Source: Armatimonadota bacterium
GTDB taxonomy: Bacteria; Armatimonadota; Zipacnadia; Zipacnadales; UBA5352
Length of the DNA: 64,000 nt
Reading direction: 5' to 3'
NCBI GenBank assembly: GCA_034722055.1
Contig: JAYENL010000130.1
Span: forward strand, 1 to 64,000
Shown here: piece by piece, positions 10,127 to 20,998 of the stretch
How the letters are laid out: the number at the start of each line of letters is the position of its first letter
How positions within the stretch are numbered: the stretch's first letter is position 1
Translations under genes and position numbers: made by a program
Notes under the pieces: model-generated
Database searches by the model: none
Told to the model about the DNA's origin: nothing
What the model saw: only the letters and a program-made list of their open reading frames with translations

Positions 10127-10603
10127 TCACTCCTCGGCCTCCAGCAGGTTCGTGACGGCGCGAAAGCCGGCGTAGACGGGCACGGCCACGATGGCGCTGT
10201 AGGGGGCGGCGATGGCGGTCTTCAACAGCCACGGAGTGGGGCTGGGCGGCGCGGAGAAGAGCATCCGGACCAACTCCACCAGCGGAACCGCCACCAGCAC
10301 GACCAGGACGGCCACCAGCATCCGCTCCGCCAATAGCGTCCCGCGCATCACCCCCACGGCGACGCCCAGGCCCATGTAGGCGACGAGCGTCCCGCCCAGC
10401 CACCCGCCCTCCACGCCACCGAGCAGCAGCGCCCCCACCAGGCCCCCGAAGCAACCGGCCACCGGTCCGGCGCTGAGCCCGATGCTCACCACCGCCGCCA
10501 CCACGACCTCCGGCCCCTGGTCCCGAATCAGCAGCCAGCCCGGCCAGGTCCGCTGGATGCCGACCGTCAGCACCAGCAGGATGGTGTATGCGATGTAGAG
10601 CAC
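10127..10603 (-). CDS. mreD: Rod shape-determining protein MreD
   Basis: Small polytopic membrane protein directly after mreC. Confidence 0.75.
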   Translation of the reverse strand: MLYIAYTILLVLTVGIQRTWPGWLLIRDQGPEVVVAAVVSIGLSAGPVAGCFGGLVGALLLGGVEGGWLGGTLVAYMGLGVAVGVMRGTLLAERMLVAVLVVLVAVPLVELVRMLFSAPPSPTPWLLKTAIAAPYSAIVAVPVYAGFRAVTNLLEAEE

Positions 10604-10636
10604 GTCGTCAACCGTCCTCTGTGCCGACCGGTGCCC

Positions 10637-11491
10637 CTACTCGCCTTTGCGGGCTACGCGCACGAAGTTCAGATGGTCGAAGTCCGCGTAGGGCCGCAGG
10701 TAGGCGATGATCGACACGGCCTCGACCGGTGAGCTCTCCACCCGCTCCACCACCCCAATGGGCAACCCCTTCGGATACACCCCGCCCAGGCCCGAGCTGA
10801 TGACCGCGTCCCCCACGCGCACATCTGCGCCGGGACGGAGCTTGCTGAGCATCAGCACCTGCTCTCCGCCGGCGGCCTCCGGCGCCGGATAGACCATGCC
10901 GTGGTCGCCGTCCGCCCGCAGTATCTTGGCGGCCACGGCGCTCCGGGCGTCCAGCAGCAGGATTACCTCTCCGCGCCGCCCCTCCGCCTCAATCACCCGG
11001 CCCACCAGCCCCGCATCGGTCTTCACGATGTTCCCGGGCTCCAACTCCCGGTTGGCCTCGATGGTGATGCTCTTACGCTGGGGACCTGAGGCCCAGTCGA
11101 TGACCCGCGCCGCCGTCCAATCCGGCGACTCTAACCCGTCCCACCCGAGCTTCCGCTTCAGGTCGCGGTTCTCGTGGTAGTAGGTCTTCATCCACAGCTT
11201 CTCGGCCTCAAGCTCCGCCACACGCCGCCGCAGCTCCTGGTTCTCCCGCACCAGCGCCCGGCCGCGCCAGGCCGCGGTCGCCACGTCCTCCAGCACGTCG
11301 CCGCCCCTCACCAGCGCCGACTGCACCGGCCACACGGCCGCGTGCGCGGCGCGTTCGGGGAGGCTCAGGTCGCCGCCATTGCGAGCCCGGTGCTGGGCGA
11401 CCGTCACCGCGATGGCCACCACAGCCATCAGCGCGATCGGCCCCCAGCCATACTCGTAGCGCGGTGGGTAAGTGCGCCGCACCCTGCTCAC
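10637..11491 (-). CDS. mreC: Rod shape-determining protein MreC
   Basis: N-terminal TM, coiled coil, GLVGRV, SSGLGGVYPKGLPIG. Confidence 0.92.
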   Translation of the reverse strand: MSRVRRTYPPRYEYGWGPIALMAVVAIAVTVAQHRARNGGDLSLPERAAHAAVWPVQSALVRGGDVLEDVATAAWRGRALVRENQELRRRVAELEAEKLWMKTYYHENRDLKRKLGWDGLESPDWTAARVIDWASGPQRKSITIEANRELEPGNIVKTDAGLVGRVIEAEGRRGEVILLLDARSAVAAKILRADGDHGMVYPAPEAAGGEQVLMLSKLRPGADVRVGDAVISSGLGGVYPKGLPIGVVERVESSPVEAVSIIAYLRPYADFDHLNFVRVARKGE

Positions 11492-12633
11492 CTGCGCATC
11501 GGGAATCCGTCGAGCTCGTCGAGATAGCGCGCCGTGCCCATCACCACGGCCGTGAGGGGATCCTCGGCCACGTAGACGGGCACGTCGGTCTCGGCGCTGA
11601 TGAGCTGGTCCAGACCCCGCAGCAGCGCCACGCCGCCGGCCAGCACGATGCCGCGGTTCATGACGTCCGCCGCCAGCTCTGGCGGCGTCTCGTCCAAAGC
11701 CTCCTTCACCAGCTCCACGATGATGCCCAGCGGCTCACGGATAGCCTCCCGCACCTGCTGGGAGGTCAGCCGGACGCTCTTGGGCAGGCCGGAGACGAGG
11801 TCCTTGCCCCGGATCATCATCTCCTGCTCCTCGGCGAGCGGGAAGGCGGAGCCGATGTTGATCTTGATCTCCTCCGCGGTGCTCTCGCCGATGTAGAGGC
11901 TCAGCTCATGGCGGACGTAGGCTGCGATGGCCTCATCCATCTCCTCGCCGGCCACCCGCACCGACCGCTCGGTGCAGACACCGCCCAGGGAGATGACCGC
12001 CACTTCAGTGGTCCCCCCGCCGATGTCCACGATCATGCTACCGACCGGGTCGCCGACGGGCATGCCCGCGCCGATGGCCGCCGCCATGGGCTCATCGATG
12101 ACCAGCGTTGACCAGGCTCCCGCCCTGCGGGACGCCTCCTCCACCGCCCTTCGCTCCACCTCCGTGATGCCCGAGGGGACCCCGATGACCACCCGGGGAT
12201 GCTCCCACAGGCGCCTGCTGAGCACCTTGTCGATGAAGTGGTGCAGCATGGCCTCGGTGGTGTCGAAGTCGGCGATCACCCCGTCGCGCAGCGGCCGCAC
12301 CGCCCGTATCTGCGCCGGGGTGCGGCCCACCATGCGCTTGGCGTCCTCCCCCACCGCCAGCGTCCGGCCGTTGGCGGTGTCCACAGCCACGACGGAGGGC
12401 TCGCGCAGCATGATGCCCCGACCCTTGACGTGCACCAGCGTGTTCGCGGTGCCCAGGTCGATGCCCATGTCGCGCGAGAAGCGCCCCATCAGACGCCCCA
12501 GGTGGCGAGTAAGGCCCGTGAACGTCCTTCGCGTAAGCATCGCGCTTCGGGGCCGCACCACACTCCCCGCCTCCGCCCCCGGCGGCCTCTCCTCACGGTC
12601 TGCCATAATGTCGGCCTGCTCGTCTGCCGTCAA
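11488..12633 (-). CDS. mreB: Rod shape-determining actin MreB (true start probably downstream, e.g. 12540)
   Basis: GIDLGTANT, EPSVVA, RPLRDGVIADF, DIGGGTT motifs. Confidence 0.96.
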   Translation of the reverse strand: MTADEQADIMADREERPPGAEAGSVVRPRSAMLTRRTFTGLTRHLGRLMGRFSRDMGIDLGTANTLVHVKGRGIMLREPSVVAVDTANGRTLAVGEDAKRMVGRTPAQIRAVRPLRDGVIADFDTTEAMLHHFIDKVLSRRLWEHPRVVIGVPSGITEVERRAVEEASRRAGAWSTLVIDEPMAAAIGAGMPVGDPVGSMIVDIGGGTTEVAVISLGGVCTERSVRVAGEEMDEAIAAYVRHELSLYIGESTAEEIKINIGSAFPLAEEQEMMIRGKDLVSGLPKSVRLTSQQVREAIREPLGIIVELVKEALDETPPELAADVMNRGIVLAGGVALLRGLDQLISAETDVPVYVAEDPLTAVVMGTARYLDELDGFPMRR

Positions 12634-12640
12634 AGTCGCC

Positions 12641-13315
12641 CTACACCCCTGGCCCCCTCGTCTCCGGGAAGCCTTCCCCGCTCAGACTCTGCAGCATCTC
12701 CCACATCAGGCTCAGCGGGAGCCCCACGACATTGAAGTAGCAGCCGTGAATCTCCCGAACCAGCAGCGCGCCGCGGCCCTGGATGCCATAGGCCCCCGCC
12801 TTGTCCATGGGCTCGCCGCTCGCCACGTAGTGCTCGATCTCGACCTCCGACAGCTCCCGGAAGATCACCCTCGTGCGGGCATGATCCTCCGCCAGCGCCC
12901 GCGCCGTCCCGTCGCGGCCCAGCGCCAGAGCCACGGCGGTGATCACCTGGTGCTCCCGGCCCGACAGCGCCCGCAGCATCCCTCCCGCCTGGTCAGCATC
13001 ACCCGGCTTGCCCAGCACGCTCCCGCCCAGCACCACTACGGTGTCGGCCCCGAGCACGACTCGCCCCGGCACCCCGGCGGCCACGGTCATGGCCTTGCGG
13101 CGCGCGTGCCGCGCCGCGACGGCAGCCGGCACAAGGTCGGACTCCTCGGCGTCCTCCTCTACGTTCGAGACCCTGACTTCGAAGTCCAGCCCCGCCTGCT
13201 GCAGCAGGTCCCTCCGCCGCGGCGACGCCGAGGCCAGAACCAGCGGCCTCTTCAGCGCCGCCGCCAACGCCGCCTCCCACTCCTCCGCGTCCGGTCCCCT
13301 CTGCAACCGCTCCAT
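12641..13315 (-). CDS. maf: Maf family nucleoside triphosphate pyrophosphatase
   Basis: LASASPRR, GADT, LGKP, DKAGAYGIQG, NVVGLP. Confidence 0.95.
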   Translation of the reverse strand: MERLQRGPDAEEWEAALAAALKRPLVLASASPRRRDLLQQAGLDFEVRVSNVEEDAEESDLVPAAVAARHARRKAMTVAAGVPGRVVLGADTVVVLGGSVLGKPGDADQAGGMLRALSGREHQVITAVALALGRDGTARALAEDHARTRVIFRELSEVEIEHYVASGEPMDKAGAYGIQGRGALLVREIHGCYFNVVGLPLSLMWEMLQSLSGEGFPETRGPGV

Positions 13316-13414
13316 GGCAATCGGGACGCCACCCGGTCGCCCGTTAACATCGAAGCGGGCGCCGCCGGGGCGCCAGCCGGTTCTGTCATCCTCCCGTGCG
13401 CCTGCGGGCGGCCG

Positions 13415-15115
13415 TCACAGCCGGCCTGAGCGGATGATCGAGATCAGCAGCCACGCCCCGAGCACCACGCCCAGCACCACGTAGGCGATGGAGAGCAGCC
13501 GCCCCGGGCCCGCCGACACCAGCGGCGCCGTCTCGCTCGTGAAGATAATGGCCGAGGCGAGGATGATGGCACCCACCACCAGCGCGAACGACAGGCGATT
13601 CACCATGGTGTCAAAGCGGCGCATCATCTTCTCCACGCCCGTGGGCCGGAACTTCACCGTCAGCCCGCCCGCCAGCCCCTGCGCCAGTACATTGCTTACC
13701 TGCCTGGGCAGTCGCATCGAGTATCGGCGCAGCATCCGCACCGCGTCCAGGATCTCCGACATCACGTGCCGGGGCGTCAACCAGTCGCGATAGACGATCC
13801 GCGCGGTGCTGTCAGCCGCTGCACCGAACTCGAAGTCCGGGTTGAGGCCGATGCACACCCCCTCCGTGACGCCCAGCGAGCGCGTGAGCTGCGGGAAGAT
13901 CGCGGGCATCCGAATGCGATGCTCGAAGATGATGCCCATAATCTCCTCGAGCATGTTCCCCAGCTCGCCGGCCGCCGACAGCCGCTGACCGTAGTGGCTG
14001 ATCAGCCCCTCCATGTCCGCCTCCAGGTCCTGGAGGTTCGTATCATCGCTGATGGTGCCGATGACGATGAGCTGGTCGAAGACGGCCTGGGCGTCCCGGT
14101 CGATGACCGCGATCAGCAGGCGGATGAAGGCGTCGCGCATCCGCTTGCCCATCTGCCCCACATTCCCGCAGTCCAGGAAGGCGATCTTGCCGTCCGAGGT
14201 GTAGCGCAGATTCCCCGGGTGCGGGTCGGCGTGAAAGTAGCCGTCGTAGAAGATCTGCCGCAGCATCAGCTCCGCGAAGTCGTCGGCCAGCGTCCGGAGA
14301 TCGACGTCCGCCTCCTCGAGGGCATCCAGGTCATCCAGCCGGATGCCCTCGATCCACTCGAAGGTGATCACCTGCCGGCGCGTGATCGACCAGTGCACGC
14401 GCGGCACCTTCGCCCGCTCGTCGTCGAGCAGGTTCTCCCGGAGAACCTCCGTGGAGCGGGCCTCGGTGAGGAAGTTCAGCTCGTCGCGGAGCGTATGCGC
14501 GAACTCCTCGGCGACGTCCGCGACGTTGTGCCGGCGGCACCACTCGCTGTAGCGCTCCGCCCGCCGCGCCCCTCGCACCAGGATGTCAAGGTCGGTCTCC
14601 ACCTGAGTCTCGATTCCCGGCTTCTGCACCTTCACGGCCACCTGCTCGCCGCTGCGCGTTACCGCCCGATGCACCTGGCTCAGCGACGCCGAGGCCACCG
14701 GCTTGGGATCAAACTCCAGGAACAGCTCGTCCAGCGGCTGCCCCAGCTCCTCCTCCACCACCCGCCGGATCTGGTCGAAGCTGACCGGCGGCACCTCCTC
14801 CTGCAGCTTGCGCAGCTCGCGGGCGTAGGACAGGGGCAGGATGTCAGTGCGCGCGCTCAGCGCCTGGCCCAGCTTGATGGCGGTGGCGCCGATCTCCTCG
14901 AGCATCATGCGCAGGCGCACCGCCGGGTCCAGGGCGGCCTTCTCAACCTCATCGGGACGCTTCCATCGCGCCGGCAGCAGGCGATCCAGGCCCGCCATCT
15001 GCATGAAGGAGCCGAAGCCGAAGCGGACCAGCACGCTGCCGACCTGCCGGGCGCGCCGCATCCAGTTGCCCGCGCGGCGGTGGATGCTCAGAAAGCCCAG
15101 GTCAGATGACGACAT
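13415..15115 (-). CDS. ABC1/UbiB/AarF family atypical kinase
   Basis: [30 protein letters not shown]-terminal TMs. Confidence 0.92.
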   Translation of the reverse strand: MSSSDLGFLSIHRRAGNWMRRARQVGSVLVRFGFGSFMQMAGLDRLLPARWKRPDEVEKAALDPAVRLRMMLEEIGATAIKLGQALSARTDILPLSYARELRKLQEEVPPVSFDQIRRVVEEELGQPLDELFLEFDPKPVASASLSQVHRAVTRSGEQVAVKVQKPGIETQVETDLDILVRGARRAERYSEWCRRHNVADVAEEFAHTLRDELNFLTEARSTEVLRENLLDDERAKVPRVHWSITRRQVITFEWIEGIRLDDLDALEEADVDLRTLADDFAELMLRQIFYDGYFHADPHPGNLRYTSDGKIAFLDCGNVGQMGKRMRDAFIRLLIAVIDRDAQAVFDQLIVIGTISDDTNLQDLEADMEGLISHYGQRLSAAGELGNMLEEIMGIIFEHRIRMPAIFPQLTRSLGVTEGVCIGLNPDFEFGAAADSTARIVYRDWLTPRHVMSEILDAVRMLRRYSMRLPRQVSNVLAQGLAGGLTVKFRPTGVEKMMRRFDTMVNRLSFALVVGAIILASAIIFTSETAPLVSAGPGRLLSIAYVVLGVVLGAWLLISIIRSGRL

Positions 15116-16124
15116 TGATGCTGCTCCCGCACTTCGGACAGGTCGCCTCGTCGGTCAGCGTGCTGGTGGTGCTGTAGCCGTGACGCCGCACCACGACCTC
15201 CCCGCACTGGGGGCAGACCGTCTCGCCCCCACCGTCAACCATCACGTTGCCTACGTAGACGTAGTTGAGCTTCTCCCGAGCGATCTCGGCCGCCCGGTGG
15301 ATCCGCTCCATGGGCGTGGGGGGCGCGCTGAACTTGTAGGCCGGCCGGTACCGCGACAGATGCAGTGGCAGGTCCGGCGAGACGCCCGCCGCCCACTCCA
15401 CCAGCTCCCGGACGTCCTCCTCGCTGTCGTTCTCGTCGGTGACCAGCAGGTTGGTGATCTCTACCGCGCAGCGGTCGATCGACAGCTCCACCGTCCGCCG
15501 CGCCTGCGCCCCCGAGCGGATGCCGCACAGCCTCCGGTAGAAGTCGTCGTCCATGGCCTTTATGTCAACGTTCATCGCGTCGATCAGCGGCAGAAGCTCC
15601 TCCAGCGGCTCCTGTTGGATCAGCCCGTTGGTCACCAGGACGTTCTTGAGCCCCTCCTGGTGGGCGAGCTGAGCGGTGTCGCGCACGTACTCGTACCATA
15701 TGATGGGCTCGTTGTAGGTGTAGGCGATGCCGATGTTCCCGCGGCCTCGAGCGTCAAGGGCCGACTGCACCACCTCCTTCGGCCGCAGCGTCTGAGTCGC
15801 TGGTTGGCCCTGCGAGATGGTGTAGTTCTGGCAGAACTGGCAGGTCAGGTTGCACCCGAACGTGCCCAGCGACAGGATCATGGTGCCCGGGTGGAAGTGA
15901 TACAGGGGCTTCTTCTCGATGGGGTCCATCGCCGCCGAGGTCACCTGCGCGTAGTTGATCGGCCGGAGCGTCCCCTCCATGTTCCTGCGCACCCGGCAGA
16001 TTCCCACGCGGCCCTCGGCGATCCGGCAGTCGTGGGGGCAGAGCAGGCAGTGCACCCGCTCCTCCTCTACTTCCCACCAGTCGGCCTCCCTGGCGATTGC
16101 CTCGGTTGCCTGATCGTCCTCCAT
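15102..16124 (-). CDS. amrS: AmmeMemoRadiSam system radical SAM enzyme
   Basis: [36 protein letters not shown]. Confidence 0.9.
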   Translation of the reverse strand: MEDDQATEAIAREADWWEVEEERVHCLLCPHDCRIAEGRVGICRVRRNMEGTLRPINYAQVTSAAMDPIEKKPLYHFHPGTMILSLGTFGCNLTCQFCQNYTISQGQPATQTLRPKEVVQSALDARGRGNIGIAYTYNEPIIWYEYVRDTAQLAHQEGLKNVLVTNGLIQQEPLEELLPLIDAMNVDIKAMDDDFYRRLCGIRSGAQARRTVELSIDRCAVEITNLLVTDENDSEEDVRELVEWAAGVSPDLPLHLSRYRPAYKFSAPPTPMERIHRAAEIAREKLNYVYVGNVMVDGGGETVCPQCGEVVVRRHGYSTTSTLTDEATCPKCGSSINVVI

Positions 16125-16150
16125 CCCCGTCGCTCCTCCCGCTGCCTCAG

Positions 16151-16924
16151 TTACTGCTGGGCGTAGTCCAGCATCTCGGGCTCGCCCCGGACGTCCTCGA
16201 CCACAGCCTGGACCCGCTCTATCTGCTCCGCCGAGCCCATGGCCGTGATCCAGGTCGCCCCCTCGGCGCCCATGACGCCGCCGGCGGCGATCTGCATGGC
16301 CTCAGCGCCCGTCAGCAGCCTGATGGCCTCCAGCTCCGTGCACATCTGTGCCGGGATTACCCACAGGCTCGGCCCCTCCAGCAGCTCCCCGCCCTCGCTC
16401 AGCCTGGCCGAAGCCTCCAGCAGGTTCCCCACAACCTGCTTCTCCAGCCCGCACGGGGCGACGAAGTGCACGTGCCTGCCGTGGCACAGCCCCAGATACT
16501 TGCCCACCGTCCCGCCGCTGGGAGCACCGATGAGCACGCCCACCACCCCACGCTCGTAGTCCAGCGCGTTGGCGGACTTGATGACCACGTCGCCGGCCTT
16601 CAGCTCATCAACGATGGTATCCGGATCGGCGCTCTCGTCGAGCCGGCCGTTCCGGAAGACCATCTCCGGCAGATTGGCGCTGAGCATGTCCCCCCGCTCG
16701 GGGTGGGCGCTGGGCAGCGTCCGGCCGGTGACGAAGCGGCAGCGGTCGATCTCCTCCCCCAGCAGCTCCTCCAGCACGTAACCGGAGGTCGTGCTGCGCG
16801 TCACCACCACGATGCCCCCCTCCATGGCCCTCCGCACGCAGGGCATGGCCGCCACGCCCTTCCCGATAAGCCGCTTGCCCTCCGCCACGGTCAGCGAGAA
16901 CGTATGGTAGGCCTCCACCGCCAT
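16151..16924 (-). CDS. Conserved hypothetical protein
   Basis: ATG 16924 with GGGAGGG RBS; LTVAEGKRLIGKGV, KSANALD, GGTVG, GLEK, AGGVMGAEG resemble an uncharacterised family. Confidence 0.7.
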   Translation of the reverse strand: MAVEAYHTFSLTVAEGKRLIGKGVAAMPCVRRAMEGGIVVVTRSTTSGYVLEELLGEEIDRCRFVTGRTLPSAHPERGDMLSANLPEMVFRNGRLDESADPDTIVDELKAGDVVIKSANALDYERGVVGVLIGAPSGGTVGKYLGLCHGRHVHFVAPCGLEKQVVGNLLEASARLSEGGELLEGPSLWVIPAQMCTELEAIRLLTGAEAMQIAAGGVMGAEGATWITAMGSAEQIERVQAVVEDVRGEPEMLDYAQQ

Positions 16925-17018
16925 CGTCGCCCTCCCACTGTGCCATGGACATGGCCCCGCCACGGCCGTACACACACAATCAGCCGGCCCGCAGAGCCCG
17001 CTATCCGGGGTCTTCGGC

Positions 17019-17047
17019 AGTATATCAAGAATGCAGGGGGCTGACAA
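17019..17047 (-). promoter_or_regulatory. Sigma70-type promoter
   Basis: TTGTCA-N17-TATACT on minus strand, about 95 nt upstream of 16924. Confidence 0.65.
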
Positions 17048-17333
17048 GCGGCCAGAGGCCGGGGACGAATCCGCGGCATCGGCAGAACGCGCGGGCGAGG
17101 GCGGCCACAGGCGCCAGTGCGCCCTGGCAGGAACTGCCATCTCCATGTGGAAAGCCGGCGCCCTCGCCGGCTTGTGGCGCGCAGCGCCACTCGAGCGCGC
17201 CCTCAAGGGCCCGCCAAACGGCGCACGCACAGGAGTGTGCGTGCCACGGAACGGCAAATGCCCCCCACCTGTCCGGAAAGACGCGCCGGTCCGGACGACG
17301 ACGATCGCGGGTCTCCTCGCCGGAAACAGCGAT

Positions 17334-17395
17334 CGCAGGCTGGAAGCCTGCGCCACGGTAGGTCGGCCGCACCCGGAAGCCTGCGCCACGGTAGG
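17334..17395. repeat. REP-like palindrome plus 21-bp direct repeat
   Basis: CGCAGGCT-GGA-AGCCTGCG hairpin; GGAAGCCTGCGCCACGGTAGG at 17342-17362 and 17375-17395. Confidence 0.65.
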
Positions 17396-17515
17396 CCGTC
17401 CATACCAGGATCGGCGCCAGCGAGACGCCGAGCCCTCGTCAGGCCGCCGCCTCCCCGTACATGCGCGCGGCGCGCCGGATCGGCGCGCCGCGCAGGTTCC
17501 AGCCGCTCCCTCCGG

Positions 17516-18298
17516 CTAGCTGTCGATGATGCACTGCAGGTGCGCGGCCGTGTCGTATACGAACTGCTCCGGGAATTGCGAGTAGCGCGCAAGCTCCGCC
17601 GTCAGCCACCCATCGTAGCCCACTCCGCGCAGAGCGTTGATCACCCGCGGGTAATCCACGCTGCCCGTCAGCAGCGCCACGAACTGCCTCGTATCCACAT
17701 TGAAGTCCTTGATGTGCACCCGCACGATGCGCTCCGCCAGCACCTCAATCCAGTGTACCGGATAGCCGTAGAGCAGGATGTTGCCCACGTCGAAATACGC
17801 CCGCACGTTGGGGCTGTCGAACTGGTCGATGAAGTCTCGCATCTCCAGCGGGCTGAGCAGGAACTTGTTCCACACGTTCTCCAGGGCCATGACGATGCCC
17901 AGGCCCTCGGCGGTGGGCAGCAGCTCCCGGATGCTCTTGGTGGCCAGGTCCATCGCCGCGTGATACTGGGTGTTCTCGTCCACCACCCCTGGAACCACCA
18001 GCACCACGTCGGTGCCGGCCGAATCGGCGACGCGCAGGGACTGCTCCACGCCCTTCACGCCCTCCACCCGCACCGCCTCATCCGTGCTCGACAGCGGCAG
18101 CCGCCAGTGCGAGGTGGCCATGACGGATGCGATCTCTATGCCGGCCGCATCCGCCGCCGCCCGCGCCTCCTCCGCCTCCGCCTGACTCTCCACGCCGGTC
18201 AGCTCCAGCCCCTCCAGCCCCGCCTCGGCGGCCAGGGCGAACCTCTCGCTCAGGGACATCTCCGGCGGCATGGAGCCCAGGGTCATCGCCTTCTTCAC
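17516..18298 (-). CDS. Sugar phosphate isomerase/epimerase (xylose isomerase-like TIM barrel)
   Basis: GTG start after GAGGAGG; ENVWNKFLLSP, YFDVGN, VHIKD, WLTAE. Confidence 0.85.
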   Translation of the reverse strand: MKKAMTLGSMPPEMSLSERFALAAEAGLEGLELTGVESQAEAEEARAAADAAGIEIASVMATSHWRLPLSSTDEAVRVEGVKGVEQSLRVADSAGTDVVLVVPGVVDENTQYHAAMDLATKSIRELLPTAEGLGIVMALENVWNKFLLSPLEMRDFIDQFDSPNVRAYFDVGNILLYGYPVHWIEVLAERIVRVHIKDFNVDTRQFVALLTGSVDYPRVINALRGVGYDGWLTAELARYSQFPEQFVYDTAAHLQCIIDS

Positions 18299-18456
18299 AG
18301 CACAACCTCCTCGTGTCAATGACGGTATCATCTCGCCGGGGTGTCGGCCCCCCGCGCGGTCGCTGGCACCTTCCGAGGGCCAAGGACTTTTCCCTTCTCG
18401 CGCAGAATCTTTTTGCCGAGAGCGTCCCTATACGCCTTCAGGAGGGAGCGCCACTG

Positions 18457-19296
18457 ATGAAGCTGTGCGGCCATACCATGGGCATGCCGAACAGGGACAT
18501 CTTCCAGTCCATCTCCCTGTGCGCCGAGATCGGCTACGACGGGATTGAGGTCCGCTGCGCCGAGAACGGGCAGATGCACCTGGAGGAGCTGAGCCCCGAC
18601 GAGGTGCAGCGCATCGGGGAGCACGCCGAGGAGCAGGGCGTGGAGATCGCCTGCCTCACGCCCTACTACCGTGACTTCATGACTGAGGAGACCACCGCCG
18701 CCACCCTCGACGGCTATCGGCTGGCCTGCGGCATCGCCCGGGAGCTGGACTGCCCGCTCGTCCGCGCCATCTCCGGCACCTGGCCCGACGAGAACTTCAG
18801 CCGCGAGGAGGTCTTTGCCAGGACCGTCTCGGGCATGAAGGAGGCGGCGCTGATCGCCGATCACAACGGCGTCCGGCTGGCGGTGGAGACGCATCGGGGG
18901 CAGCTCGCCTGGAGCGCCACGGAGGCGCTGGAGTTCGTGGAGGCCGTCGATCACCCGGCGGTGGGGGTCCTCTACGACGCCTACTGGGTGCAGGTGCGCG
19001 GTGAGGAGGACCTGGGGCAGCAGATCAGCATGCTCTCGCCATGGATCATCCACGTGCACGCCAAGAACGTGCGCTACGACGACGAGGGCAGGGCCCACGC
19101 GACCCTCCTGGATGAGGGCGAGATGGACTGGTGCCAGATCATCACGCTGCTTGACGCCATCGGCTATGAGGGCTACATCTCCGACGAGTACGAGAAGTTC
19201 TGGCGCCCGGCCGAGTTCCCGGAGCCGGAGGTGGGGATGAAGCGCAACTGCGAGGTCCTCCGGGAGTGCCTCATCGAGCTCGGAGCGCTGGAGTAG
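18457..19296 (+). CDS. Sugar phosphate isomerase/epimerase (xylose isomerase-like TIM barrel)
   Basis: ATG after AGGAGG; GYDGIE, AVETH, LYD, HVHAKN, SDEYE. Confidence 0.85.
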   Translation: MKLCGHTMGMPNRDIFQSISLCAEIGYDGIEVRCAENGQMHLEELSPDEVQRIGEHAEEQGVEIACLTPYYRDFMTEETTAATLDGYRLACGIARELDCPLVRAISGTWPDENFSREEVFARTVSGMKEAALIADHNGVRLAVETHRGQLAWSATEALEFVEAVDHPAVGVLYDAYWVQVRGEEDLGQQISMLSPWIIHVHAKNVRYDDEGRAHATLLDEGEMDWCQIITLLDAIGYEGYISDEYEKFWRPAEFPEPEVGMKRNCEVLRECLIELGALE

Positions 19297-19340
19297 GCGG
19301 TACGCTACCCTTGTCTGCGGGTGGAGGCCCCCTCAGCCGC

Positions 19341-20468
19341 TCAGCCGCCCTGAGGACGGCTTGGCGACCTGTCGGCCTGCAGACTCTGCTGCAGGTCCTG
19401 GGGGATATCCCCGCCGACCTGGGGGTTCCATCGCGTGGTCTTGAAGATGTCGTTCCACAGGGCTGTGAAGTTCGGGCGCCCCTCACCCACCATCCGCAGC
19501 GTCTTCCGGTTCGTGTTGCCGCGGAAGACCATCACGTGCTCCCCGTTGGGCGCCGTCATCACCATCTGAACCGTGAGGGCCTCAACGGCCTCATCCGCCC
19601 GGACGGTAGCGAGGGCTATACGGTAGGCCTGGCGTACAACTCGCTCCACCAGATGCCCTCTCGGCAGCGATTGGGGGACGGTGGCGCGGACGACGGCGTA
19701 GCCCGTGTAGGGATCAACCATGGCGGTGACCTTCCCGGTCATGGGGCGATCGTCGCCCCATGTCAGGGAGCTGACGGCGTCGATGACCGCGCGATCGTGG
19801 TCGGTCACCGGCTCGGAGATCTCCTCCTGCCGGGTGCGGGAGATGGGCCTGCGCGGAGCCCGGCGCGGCGCCTGCCGGGCAGCCCAGTGCTGCTGCGGGT
19901 TCTCGCGGGCCGTGGGGATCTCCACCCCCCCCCGCTGCGGCGCCGGCGCGGACCGAGTGCCGCGCACGGTGCTGGGCGCGGTGAGGCCCGGGGAGCGCTG
20001 CGGCCGGCCGGTCTCGGCGGTCGTCGCGCGCGGCGTCGGCGGCGGCTCGACCTCCACGCGGCCCGCCGTCAGGCCGACGATTACCAGGATCACGACCACC
20101 ACCATCGCCGCCGCACCGATCGCCAGCCAGATCAGCCGCCGGCGGCCGGCCTCGGCCTCCTCCACCAGCTCCGGCTCCGGGCCGGTGCGGGCCTCGCGGG
20201 CCTGCTCCTCAGCATCCTCGAGCTTGGCGCGAAGCTCCGGGGTGTCCGCAAGCTGGATGGCCAGGTCGTACCACTCCGCGGCGTCCTCCCACAGCTCCCG
20301 CCGGTACATGATGTCGCCCATCTTCTCGTGGGCGGCGGCGCTGGTGGGATGGCGCTGCAGCAGCTCCTTGCACGCCCGCTGGGCGGGGCGGAGATTCCCG
20401 TCGTGGATCAGATGGTCGATGCCCCGCAGGTCCGCCTGAATCTCGCTCCCCCCGGTGGACTCGCTCAT
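19341..20468 (-). CDS. Hypothetical membrane protein (N-terminal TPR, TM, Pro/Arg linker, C-terminal domain)
   Basis: TPR-like AAHEKMGDIMY..AAEWY; hydrophobic LIWLAIGAAAMVVVVILVIVG. Confidence 0.65.
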   Translation of the reverse strand: MSESTGGSEIQADLRGIDHLIHDGNLRPAQRACKELLQRHPTSAAAHEKMGDIMYRRELWEDAAEWYDLAIQLADTPELRAKLEDAEEQAREARTGPEPELVEEAEAGRRRLIWLAIGAAAMVVVVILVIVGLTAGRVEVEPPPTPRATTAETGRPQRSPGLTAPSTVRGTRSAPAPQRGGVEIPTARENPQQHWAARQAPRRAPRRPISRTRQEEISEPVTDHDRAVIDAVSSLTWGDDRPMTGKVTAMVDPYTGYAVVRATVPQSLPRGHLVERVVRQAYRIALATVRADEAVEALTVQMVMTAPNGEHVMVFRGNTNRKTLRMVGEGRPNFTALWNDIFKTTRWNPQVGGDIPQDLQQSLQADRSPSRPQGG

Positions 20469-20481
20469 TTCTGCTCCTATC

Positions 20482-20997
20482 TCAGCTCCGTAACTGCTCC
20501 GGTGGCTCCGGCCGCTTGACCATGCGCACCCGCTCAACCTCGTAGCCCATCTTGCGGTAGAAGGCCACGGCTCGCTCGTTGACCACGCTGGCGTCGAGCA
20601 TGATCTTCTCGACGCCCTGGTCGAACAGCCACTGCTCAACGACCCGCATCAGCCGCTGAGCCGCTCCCGTGCCGCGAAGGTGCGGCGCCACGTATACGTT
20701 CTTAATATACCCCACTCGCGGGTCCACCAACGTTGACATCAGCGAACCCCAGATGAATCCGCAAAGCTGCCGGTCCTGTTCCATCACGAACATGATCTCG
20801 TTGGGGTCCCGCGCCGCCCGCCTCAGGTCCCGGCTGTAGTCCTCCCGGAAGGCCCCATCCACCTGGAAGCCGGGGAAGTTCCCCTCGTAGATCTCGTACT
20901 GGAACTCCAGCACGGCGTCCAGATCGCGCCGCAGGTTGAGGCGCCGCAGCTTCGGCTCGCCACGGGGCGCGTTGCGCTCGGCCCGTATCGCAGCCAT
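20482..20997 (-). CDS. GNAT family N-acetyltransferase
   Basis: VYVAPHLRGTGAA, NERAVAFYRKMGY. Confidence 0.88.
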   Translation of the reverse strand: MAAIRAERNAPRGEPKLRRLNLRRDLDAVLEFQYEIYEGNFPGFQVDGAFREDYSRDLRRAARDPNEIMFVMEQDRQLCGFIWGSLMSTLVDPRVGYIKNVYVAPHLRGTGAAQRLMRVVEQWLFDQGVEKIMLDASVVNERAVAFYRKMGYEVERVRMVKRPEPPEQLRS

Positions 20998-20998
20998 C

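Noticed and set aside
16925..17389. 155-aa N-terminal extension of the hypothetical protein
   Set aside because: A good promoter (17019-17047) and RBS point to ATG 16924; the extension crosses palindromic non-coding DNA
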